36,764 nucleotides of DNA. It comes from Streblomastix strix (Eukaryota). The stretch spans positions 1 to 36,764 of the forward strand of contig SNRW01000038.1 in NCBI GenBank assembly GCA_008636045.1, read 5' to 3'. Below, one piece after another: positions 14,952-26,874 of the stretch (position 1 is its first letter; every line of letters starts with the position of its first letter). The position numbers and the translations under genes are program-made. The notes under the pieces are model-generated. The model saw only the letters and a list, made by a program, of their open reading frames with translations, did not search any database and was not told where the DNA came from.

Positions 14952-17900
14952 TCACCTTTCGCCTTTCACAGAGTCAAGCGCAGTATCAAAGTGATTGCTA
15001 GTCTGTATATACAAATATAATTAAATTTAAAAATATTGTAAAGAAATTAAAATAATACTATTATAGGTTGGTTAATGTTGTCATTCAACGCATTTAACAC
15101 TGCTTCAATGCATAATGCTTCTATATCTGCTCCAGAAAATCCATTGGTCTATACCCAATTAAAAAGTATAGTTTGTTATGTAATTTATTATTTTATAATA
15201 TATTTAAACCTCACTGGCGATTTTATAAAGATCAATGATACGATCATCATCGTCATCATCTTTATGACCAAATTTATTCTCGTCTAAATTTGTTTTTCTA
15301 TCTTTTATTTATTCTAATTCTTTCTAATACCTAAATTTCCTTTCTATTTTTTCGATATTTATAATATCTATTCAAATCCAAAATAAAATTTGTTGAAAAG
15401 TTCAAAATCATAGTTAATGCACACTTTTATCTGTTATTTTCTTAAGGTACACAAGTAATATTTCTGCCCTTTCCTCCGTATTTGGAAGATGAAATTAGAT
15501 CTGAACATCAAAACGACCTCCAAGCAAAGATAAGAAAGGGGAAGAAGAGAATAAAATTAAATTTAACAGAATAATATAATTATTAATAAGAATACCTGGT
15601 CTGAGTAATGCATCATCTAGCAAATCTGCGCGATTTGTTGCAGCCTTTAAAAAATATCAAATAAATAAATATTGATAAAAAAATGGGAATTCGTAATTAA
15701 ATCTGGCATTTTTAGATTAATAAATACCATAACAATAACTCCTTCAATGTGTTCGATGCCATCCATTTCTGTCAGAAGTGTAGTTAATATTCTATCTTTA
15801 ACTCCATTTCCTATAAATATATATAAATATAAAATTAAGATCAATAATAATACACATTTTATTATAATCCACAATCTTCTTCCAAACCATCATATTCACC
15901 ACCACGTTTTCCAACTATTGAATCAATTTCATCAAGAAAAAGAACGCAAGGTGAGGACTGACGAGCTCTGATGACAATTTTAACCAACAAACAAAAATAT
16001 CTAAAATTTCAAATAGCAATATTATTATGGAAAAAAATAACCTATGAAAAGCTTCTCGTAATATCCTCTCTGCATCACCAACATAACAAGAATAAACCCC
16101 AGCACATGAAAGGACGATTAGTTGAGCATTCATTGCTCGACACGATGCTTTTACAATGGTTGTTTTTGCTGTTCCTGGAGGTCCCCACAAAAGTACTCCT
16201 CGAGGTGGAGGAATAAGAGAAAGAAGTCTTTAAGGAAGTTACTGCTCAGATGAAGATGCTTATGAATTTAAAGAAAAATTATCTGATTAGTTTTGATGGT
16301 GTAATGTTGGCCATACAACAGATTCAATAATTTTCTATGAATATCGCATATATTCAGAAATAAATATCAAAATAGTGAATAAATATATGATATACTCTCT
16401 TAACTTCATGAGCACCACCAATATCTTCCCATTATGTATTTGGGACCTCTGATACAAATCTTAGTATAAAAAAAATATTATCATAAAAGACATAAAAATA
16501 ACCAAACCCTGTTCCAGAAGCAAGTGAGGGAGTTATGACTGTTAAAGCATTATTAACATCATCCGATTATATTTATATAAATGAATTGTAATCAAAAGGT
16601 GAATCATTTTCCAACGAACATTATTCTTTAGTTAAAATTTGATTTTCTATTTATTGTTTTCTCCTGACCCATTCTCTTCCTATGCACACTTTGATTAACT
16701 CATTTTTAATTTTGATTAAATCTTCTGGAGTATATCCCGCAGTCAATGGTGAAAGATAATTTGCGAGTTGTTCTAATGGAGATAATACTGAAGATGAAGT
16801 CGAAGATTATTTCTAAGATAAAAACGAAGGACTAATTTTCAAAGATTAAGTTTCATGTATCAATAAATCTATTTATTCCAAGCAATTTTCTTTTTCTTCC
16901 TATTTAATTTCTATTTATCCACCTGATTTTTAATTAATTTATTTTTGTTATTCAACATTATTTATAAATTTCATCTTTATTCCATAAAATAATTATTTCA
17001 ATAAATTATTTCTCGATTGAATATTTGGAGGAGGTACCATAATTTCTCAGTCCAATCGGCCCATACGCCTTAATGCTATATTCATGTCGTCCAACCTAAA
17101 CAATTCAGTGAAAACAAAAATATAATAAAAAATATTTAAATAAAAAACCTTTTTGTAGTAGCTATAACGACAGCATTATTTGAAAGTGCTAATGTTATTT
17201 TATCTTAACATTTCTTCTAGTTTAATTTACCATTTTCGGTTATAATTTATTAATCAGAAATTTCTTTTTTCGATTTATCCTTTGATTGATATGATGAAAT
17301 TCCAATTTCTGCTCCCACGCCATCAATAAATGATAAGATCATCTATGAGATGTGTTGTTTTTCGGTTGAATGAGGTAGAGTGCGAGGGCATAATTAATCA
17401 ATGTCTTTAATAAGTAGAATAGTTGGTAGAATCTAAGTTGTATTGTTATGTTTATTTATTGAATTCTCTTTTAAAAATTCTTTCTTTTTCTTTTTTTATT
17501 ATTGTTTTTTATCTTAAAAGTAATTCTTATTATCGGAGTTTTATTAATTTTCTTTATCCATTTTATTTTATTCAATTTCAAATTCTTTTTCTTCATTAAA
17601 TTATCCTGAGACCTAAGATAGTATTTCTCTCACATAATCAACACTTTAAATTCCTTTATTGGTCTGGCAACTTTAATTCAATTATAAAGGATCAAGAGTA
17701 ATTATTCTAATTCCCAAGAAATAAGCAACATTATGTATGATGTGTGTCTTTCCAATCCCTCTGGGGCCATACAAAAGAAGACCTCGTGGACGACGAGCAC
17801 CCAGCTGTTTCAATGCATCATTATTGTACAAAGAAAGATATATAAAGTCAGCAACATCACGTGCTACATGCTAATTAGCTTCACAATTTAAAATTTAATC

Positions 17901-18677
17901 GGGATTTTCATTTATATTTTTTGAGTTTGGTTAGTTTTAAAGTGAATAAGTCTAATAAGTTTGCTATTCATTTTGGCTGAAAATATGAAGTTATGGTAGT
18001 ATAAAATTAGTAAGTTGAGGGAGAGGAATTATTAATGGAGATGAAATGTCTCATTAATTTGAAAAATTACACTTCTCTTCTGGCAATGATAAATTTAAAT
18101 TAGAAAAAGAAAATCTTGCAGCTTATGGTTATCTGTTCGATAGTTTTTACAGTTCTGGTTTCAAATTCTGTTGCTTTTGCAAAATTGGTTTTGAATTAGA
18201 AGTAGAAAGCGATAAATAATCTTAAATTATGAAATTGGTTGATAGATCCATTTTAGTGGAATAATGTGGAGAAAATGCTTCGACTCGAAAGAAAACTCGT
18301 TCATTAGGACTTGGAAAAGGACCAAATATTGCATTTGTGTTCAAGTCAATAAAAGAAGTAGCCAGTTACAATATAAAAGAGAATATAAATTTCTATAAAA
18401 TGACAATAAAAGAAAATACACAAATCTCAAAAAAAATTAAAATATTCAATTTTATGAGTATGCAAACTTTAAAATCCTTACATTTTGAGCATTATTTGCC
18501 TTCAGAGTCTATAGTTGAAATATTTTAATAATTATCAGGTCTAATGTTCAGTGGAAAGATCCCACAAGATTTTTCACATTTTGGCAGTTTTCTAGCGTCT
18601 GGAATGTCAAGTATTATACTCAAGATGATTGATTGACTAATACATTATTAAGATGTGGATTTTTGTACTCCTTTCAT
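14952..18677 (-). CDS. CDC48-family double AAA+ ATPase, most like AFG2B/SPATA5L1; ~10-12 introns; contains in-frame TGA codon(s)
   Basis: D1: RRPRGLLLYGPRGIGKT, degenerate Walker B ILLIKDID, SRH ALRRMGRLD*EI. Linker VPNTQWEDIGG. D2: RGVLLWGPPGTAKTT, YVGDAERILREAF, VLFLDEIDS, LTTLLTEMDG, ALLRPGRFD. Stop at 14952-14954. The start at ATG 18677 is inferred (in frame with D1). Confidence 0.85.
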
Positions 18678-18850
18678 TGCAAATCGTTATAAAAATTAAG
18701 CATCAAAACTTAAATTTCCTCATATATGAAATTTATTGGACAAATCATAATATGTACTATAATATTAAATAAAGATGAAACTCCGACAAACAAATTATTA
18801 AATAAGTTCATATATCCTGAAAAAATTGTAAATTAATTTCTATGAAATAT

Positions 18851-21800
18851 TCACTAACTCAGATTTTGTACCACTCCAATTCGTGATCCCATCCGCAAAA
18901 GTGTTTCCACACGAAGTTTACTGTTGTGAACAAGATCAGAATCATATGCAACTGCACCACGAGGGAATAGAGCAACAACAGATGAGCCACCATGGAGAAA
19001 ATATCCTAATTCTTCTCCAATTCTCACATTCTATCCCACATTAACGGATGAAACACATGAACCTATGAAATATGCAATATATAATTTAATAATTATAAAA
19101 TAAATTTATTATATATTGCATACCCACATAACAAGCTCCTATCATAATTAATATGAAATCAAATGCTTTAGCTTTCATATGAAAAATTAAACGTGCATTT
19201 TCTGTAAATACATCGATATCTTAACGCACAGCAACAGGATTAACAGTATAATATGTGCCATCCACTCTTTCAAGGTTAGTTACTTTCGCATCAAGTGGGC
19301 TGCAAATAAAAAAAGGGGGGGGGGAAAAATTATTTAATATAAAAAAATAAATAAAAGGAATTATGAATAGAAAAATAAATTTTGAAGCCAACCAAAAAAC
19401 ACGATGAAAATCTTATGGAGCTAATCTCCCTATGAAAATTGATGCTCGAAGTTTCTTATGTTTGTACATGTTATCTTACATAAAATTAGTTTGTACAATA
19501 TTTCGATCTGATTTATTATTTTTATTATTCTAAAGAGTTTAAACATCTAAATTTTGTGATTTTTAATCAATTTTATTTTCAATGGTATTTATCTATTCAT
19601 TATTTCTATTTATATTAAAATTTGAAATGAGTAATGAAGACTATGATGATTATTAAGAATTGAAAGATTAAGGAGAAAAATTAAGAGGAGAAGAGACACT
19701 TGGAGAAAATGTAAATTGGGTTTAATTTTGGGGAGATGAAGATCTTGAAGGAGATTTAGATTGAAGATATTTAGCAACATTTCCTTTGATCTTTTTTAAA
19801 TCAGTTGTTTGGTTAGTAGTTATTTTATGATTGCAGAGTGAACATACAACAATTCCTTATACATCAGTCCCTTTCTCTGTATTCATTTGTTTCGTAGCAG
19901 TTACAATGTTTCCAAGTTGTTGCTTTTGAGTGAAAATAGGAGAAACAACGAAAGCAGCTGTTGCAGAAGCTTGAACGGCTTCCAAAGGCTGAATTGGTTC
20001 TTCATTCTGAGATTAATCATCATTGTCTATTTCAAGAGGAATTTGTACTAATTATGGTTATTCAATCTCAGCAATTCTACATTCATTATTCGTTTCAGTT
20101 TTGATGTTAAAATTTGGTTTTTCATTCGGATTAGCAAATTATTAATCTTCAATTAATGATTGTGAATTCTTATTCTACTTAATATTTTAACTTTCTCCAT
20201 CTATTGGCTATTAAGAACTATTCTCGACTTGACTATTTTATAGCAATGCAGAATTATTATTGTTTCCATTCAAAGATTCAAATTTTAATTTATCCATATC
20301 AGTTAATATTTCATAAGTATTTGAATGATCTTTTGTATTATTTTGAATTGTATTGATTTAAATGAATTAAGATAATTAAACTGGAACAAATTATTTTTCA
20401 ATTTATTATTCATTAGAAATTTAATTGGGAATTACTTATTAATTCAAATTCTATTATTTTTCACCAATAGATTATAAGTCGATGTGTTAGAATGATTATT
20501 GAGTATTGTCTAATTGAGAATGAATTTTTCCATCTGCAATGGCTTTTGTAAGTATTTTCTTTCTGCATTAACTACAAATTACCCTTCCTTGCAAAATCTG
20601 CTGTTATTGAGATACTTTATTATTTATCAATGAATAATTCTATTAAAATTCATTTTATTTTAATAATGTTTCATTTTAAGAAGATTCATTGCTATTTTTT
20701 ATATTTGAATTTGGTAATAATGAAAAAAGATCAATATCAAAAGGAATTAATGAAGAAGATTAGAATTTAATTTCATTTTCTTATTAAATTTGTGTTTATG
20801 AAGGTTGATTAGTAGGTTGAAACTCAACAGTTTATTTTTGTTTCTTTTTGTTTTTATTTTGTTTTTATTCGTTCTTTTCTTCTTTTTATAAAAATGTGAG
20901 GAAATTTCTTTCTTTTTTCTACGAATTTAATTAAGCACGCAATTAAGCCTTTGTTTATTAATATTGAATCTTTTATTCTTTCTTTATTTTCTTTTATTCA
21001 GCTTATGCTTCTCTTTGTGCCAATTTCTTCTGTCTTTGTGCATGCTGTTTAATTCGCTTGTTTTCTGCTTTTAATTCTTTTATCTTTATTTTGTTTTCAA
21101 TTTTTTTGGCTTTTTCTTCCTAAGCTGGTGTTAAATATCCATCAGGTTCATCATCATCATCATTATCTTAATCATCATCATCATTTTCATCTGAATCTAA
21201 ATCATCAATTTCATCTTCTTCAATAAATAAATTTTCTTCAGGAATATCAAAACTAATAGTTTCCTCTTTAACTGCATCAATTGTTGATTCTTTATTTGTT
21301 GGTTTATTTTCAATCAATTAAATAGAAAATGGTTATTTTCTTTCATTTTTATTTGTTGTTAAAAACTAATTATTATTAATTATTTATCCATTTCCTGATA
21401 ATTAACTTCCAGGTCCCAACTTAATATCTATATTTTCTTCAACTTCAAAAATCTTAACAAGTTATTATTTATTAGCAAGAAGTGTTGAAATACTAAATTA
21501 TCTTCCTTTAACCCAAAGTGTTGTTGCTTCTTTAATTGAATCAAATACCATTAATCTACAGTCACACGGTGAAACAACAATATTCAATTATTTAATTTGA
21601 TCTAATGAACATTCTTCTTCATTTCTCTATATTTCACAATTGCCATCTATCAATCGAGCTCCATGTTTTAATTTACGAGAAAAGAATGAATCAAATGTTT
21701 TATAGAATTCGGGTGGATACTCAACCTCACCAATATCAATTTAATAACTTCTAATAAATGGAAATATCTCATTTACACTTTGTGTATTGCTTTTAGACTT

Positions 21801-24800
21801 TCCCATATCTTTAGTCATCTTAATAAACCATTACTTCATAACTTTGGTCCTTAATAAGCTTCTTCCCCATTTGGTGCAATAACCAGCTCTAAATGCAGCT
21901 ACAAGAACATTGGGCACAAATTCCTTCACTATGAGTCCAGTTGCTCTGTCAACAACTCGAAGGGATCTCGAATCAAGGAGTTCATTTATCCTTGAATTAC
22001 TCAGATTGTGTTCAGCTCTGTATTTCTTCACTATTTTTGGAGTTAGATATCCATCCCATAATTGTCTTGAAAGCTAATTACTAATTTAATTCACTTTCTT
22101 TTTTGAAATTGTTGGTTATTTCTTAATTTTCTTCTTCTATTACTTTTGATTTCCTTTTTATTTAATTAATGAATGTTAAGACTATTAAAATAAATTTTAT
22201 TGTTAAGAATCAGATTATATTGATTGTTAAACAGACTAAAATGCGGTTTAAGGTGAAATGCCTATGGTCCCTCCTTTTGCTTCTGCTGTTGCTATACTAA
22301 ATGGAATTGATGCATTATGATCACCAAACTGTTTCTAATTAGATTATTGATTAAGTATTAAGGGTTGTGTTATATTTTGTTATTAATTGTCTGATTCTAA
22401 TGATTGAGGTTTTTAGATTGAAGATTGTTATAATTAATATTAATTATTATTTCCTTCAATTATTTAATCCTAAGATTCTTCTGATTCACTTGAACTTTAA
22501 TAAATAATCTCTTCATCTTCTTCATCATCATCTTCTTCTTCTTTCTCGTCTTCTATCTCACTTTCTGATTCTTATTCATCTTCACTTTCTTCTTCATCTT
22601 CTTCTTTATAATCATCACCAACACAAAATTCACTGTTTTCTGCATATGTAGAATTATCTTCATCCGATTCATATGAGCTATCTTAAATTTCTTATTCTTC
22701 TTCATTTTCTTTCTTTTTGTTGAAAAAGTTGATTCCTGATCCATTACTAACAATATTATCAGATAATGCAGATTCATTTTCATGTTCTTCAGATATTTTA
22801 TCGAATTAATTTTCAATTTTTCTCTTCATCTTCCATGTCTTTCTATTTCGATTTCTTTCTGTTTCATAAATATCATATCCAACAGATAATTATCTCTTCA
22901 GAATTGAAATCTTCTTCAGCTTTGATTCATGTTTGATCTTTTCTTCTTCATCCATTTCATCAAATTCATCAGATAATGAAGATAATGAACTTTCTTCACT
23001 ATTTAATCCACTTCTGTCTGAAGGAGGAGCAACTGAGAAAGGAGATGAATTTGAAAGATCACGAATATTGGTTGAATTTGAACTATCTTATGATTTGATG
23101 GATTATGTTGTATCATCATCATTATAAGAAACAGCAGATGGTAAAGAATGTGGAATTTATTAAAAAATTTAAATGTCTTCATTTTATTTATCCATTTATT
23201 TGATTTATATTAATTCTTGATGTTAAATATCAGGTAATTTAAATGGACCTGATTAATAAGAGTTAATTTTTTGATCTTACGATGATTGAGAATTTACTTA
23301 TGTTTAATTCAATGAAAAAGGTTTCTTCAAATTTGTATTTATTTTATCTTCATTATTTACTTTTGGAATTTAGAATGGTTTTTATGGAGAATGAGGCGGA
23401 GATGTGGGAAGAAGTGGTTTCAGATTATTGTTCAGTTTTAAATTTGAATTTTAATTATTTGAAATGGATGAGGTAGAAAATGGTTATGAAATTTATTAAG
23501 TTGTATATGGTTATGAATTAGAAGAGTATAATGAAATGGATTTTGATGACTTATTCTGGGTTTGAATAAGAGCTTATGAAGGAGTAAGAAATGCTTTTTT
23601 CATTTCTCTGAGAACAATTGGTGTTGCTTGTTTAATTACAAAGCGAGCAAGAGGATTTGAGGGTAAAAATGGACCAAGTGGATTAAAAAACATAAAATAT
23701 AATTTAGCAGCTCTTGAAATATGGTTAATCATCTTCTTTCCTCTTTCATTATCCTATACTTATTTTAATGAAGGATCTTTTACACGTTATTTCTCTATTT
23801 CTAATTCTTTCAAATCTGTTTTAAGTTTAGAATAATCTGCTTATTTTTAATTGTGCAAAATTATTTAATTATTGTTTTGATTTGAATCTTTTTATTACTT
23901 TTCAGGATTTATAGAATTGTTTGATTTATTAAATTTATTTAAATTATCTTTTTTAAATTCATCAATTTCATTTCTTTATTAGATTTCCTTCTATTTTATT
24001 CTTTCTTTCACTTTCTCCTTTTCTAATTCCTTTATTTTCTTCTTTTCTTCAATCCTCCATTTAACTTTCTCTATTTTAGATTGATCTCTCTAGTAAACCT
24101 TCTCTTATTCATCTAATTCTGCATTTCTTTCTCTAACAGCGCCTTTGATGGTACCAGCTCCATACAGAAGAGAGAAAGATCCTGGATTGAATAGACAATC
24201 ATCAATCCCATTATGAAGTGCAGATAAACATGTTGACCCAAGAAATGCTTGAATCTCAAAAAGAGGATCAGGATTAAGTTAAGGTGCAAATATAACTTCT
24301 CTCATAACCATTGATAGAATCTCTTCTTCACTTTGTGAATTGGCTGAAAATGGATATTATTTCTATGGTTGGTCATTAATATTCAATTGAGTGCTCGATG
24401 TGTCTCTATTTTATTATATAGGGAAAAGAAAGCTTGGATCTTATACTTATTATTAGGAATAATTAATTCCAGTTATTTCCTATTTTTATTCATTCTTTTA
24501 ATTTTTATATCCATTTTATTGACTTTGATTTGAATTTTGTATAGATTTTTGCAATTATTTTTTATTCTGTTTACTTTTTTATGGTTAATTTAAATGAGTT
24601 GGGAAGAATGATATTCCTGATATTGGACCAGTCCGTAATATTAATGAAATGGGAAATTTAAGGAGAATTAATACAAGAGAGGCAATGCTACAACTAAGAG
24701 TGTTTTCATCTGGATGAGCAGCTCTGAATAAAGGAGGCCACATACTATCTGGGAATGATTCAAGAATAAGTGAATTTGTTTCTTCATCAGATTATGAGAC

Positions 24801-26432
24801 AGCATCAGAAGATTCAATCTTTTCAAACTCATATGTAAAAACCATCTCTTTCTCTAAAGAAGAAATTGATGGAATATCAGCAGAAACAGCTGCTAAAAAT
24901 ACTGAAAATTCAAAAGGGTTTAATCTTCCATCTTTATCTAGATCAAAGTGACTAAGAACATGCATATAAACATCTGCAGCAAATACTTCTTTAGCTTAAA
25001 AGTTAATATGAACAGATATTTCACCTTTTTACTGAGTTAAATGAGCTATTTTCCATTATAATTATCTTATTTCTTTTTCTTAGGGAATGAATGCTGCTGG
25101 AAATTATTCAATATTGGTGATAGTTGAGTTGTTAGTAATCACATTAAGACTCTATTGTTATTATTGTTGTTTTTCATTTTGTGTATCATTCTGAATTTAT
25201 TCAGATTTATTATTCTCATCATCTTTTAAAGTATAATTTTATGAATAAGATTCAAAATCTGTTTCTTTTTCTTATTCTTTTAATTAATCGTTCTTCTTCT
25301 TCTTTCCAAAAATAGTAAAATTAAATCTTTTCTTATCGTTCTATTATTTATCTTATCCAATTTATGATAACTACTGGTTTTACTTCAATGAAAGAGGTAT
25401 AATAAAAGGAATTGTATACCTACCATTGAGAATATTCAGAATAAAATTATGAAGTGTGATATCTGTATCTGTCATTAACGGATTTTCAAAGAGTGCGCCA
25501 TTTAGAATTACTTATGCATTTGATATTTTTAGTGGTTACCCAAATAATAATTGTTTTTATTTTAATGCTATTGCAGATAATAGTTTTTCTTCCTCATTTG
25601 TAAGCAATTTTTGAATAATATAAAATTTACATTTATTTTCATTTGTGAATGGTAAATGTAAATGTTCCATCTCCAATTTCTTTTTCCTATGCAATTCATT
25701 TATTTTACGAATTAAATCAATGATTTTATCTCCTTTCTCATATTATTCACTCTGATTGTTCTAATTAACAATATTCTCTGCAATTCCTAATAGTATATCT
25801 TCAATAGTGAACATCCAAGATCCAATATATCCATCTTTATATTACCTCTTCCCCTTTTGTTACTTCTTCTGTTTTGAGCTCTGGTTCACATTTGTTTATT
25901 TTAATTTTGTTTTTATCTTTGTTTGACTTTCTTGATGGTTATCTTTATGCTCATTATCTTACTTAGCAATGAATGGACTTTAATTTGATGCTTTTGTTTG
26001 TGCTTCCTGAATTCGACGCTGAAACAGAGAAACAATAATTCTGTAGTTAAGATCACTAGTCTTGATCCAAATAAAGACTTCTTCTCTTATCTCTGAATTA
26101 TATTAATGTGAATTAGATGTTTGATCAACATTGATTGGAATTGTGCTGATTGAGTCTATGTATTTAGCATTGGGTATGATTGTCGGATGTGGAAAGGCAA
26201 AACTTTAAACGGCAGGTCTAGAAATGTCAATGTTTTATTACTGTTATTAATTTTTAGAAATTTTTATATGTTGGCGATTAATAAATGTATTTTTGATGAT
26301 TGAAGGAGAAAGAGAATTGATTGTTAATATGTTTCTACCAAATCTAAATACTAGTTTGATTTTATTTCCAGCGGTTTTAGAAATTCTAACTTTATCTGCA
26401 GTAATACGTAGTACGCCAATCATAGGATCCAT
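18851..26432 (-). CDS. PSD2: Phosphatidylserine decarboxylase proenzyme, PSD2-type with C2-like region and EF-hand, ~2,475 aa, 3 exons (26432-19393, 19299-19124, 19062-18851)
   Basis: YKTFDSFFSRKLKHGAR, VSPCDCR, WVKGRQFS, RLAPQDFHRVFCP, YYTVNPVAV, DVFTENAR, GEELGYFLHGGSS (self-cleavage site), ETLLRMGSRIG. EF-hand loop DLDKDGRLNPFE near 24910-24947. The 7.0-kb first exon has no in-frame TGA. Confidence 0.92.
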
Positions 26433-26874
26433 TACTGATATAAAAATTAAGTATTTATTAGGTAAGAAAATTTTTATTTGCTAAAAATTGAGTAAATATT
26501 AAACTCATGCTAACTTTTTAATAATGATGCTATTTTTATGAAAAGTATAATTAATTGGTGAAAATTTTGAAAATAAGTATAATGATATTATTATTAAATA
26601 AATTAGCTAAATTTTGTAGTCAAAAAATATACATCAACGTTTTCAAGGCTTGCAATTAAATAAAAATCGCATTTTATTAGAAAATATGCTAGTAAATTTT
26701 TCAAATAAACATATATATAATGAATGGATATATGTTCACTTAATGGCTAGTTAATAAAACATTCTTCAAACAATTGCGCTCATAAAACTAATGATTTATT
26801 TACAATAGAGAATATACTTAAATGAAATGAAAATAAATTGTAAATTTAATAAAATATGCTTTAATTCCATTAGT

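Noticed and set aside
15368..15424. Cluster of three in-frame TGAs in the AAA gene
   Set aside because: They fall in a T-rich, phase-compatible GTGTGC...TAG intron.
19315..19324. G10 homopolymer
   Set aside because: It lies in PSD intron 19300-19392 as a C-run in the polypyrimidine tract; a single run, not a G-quadruplex array.
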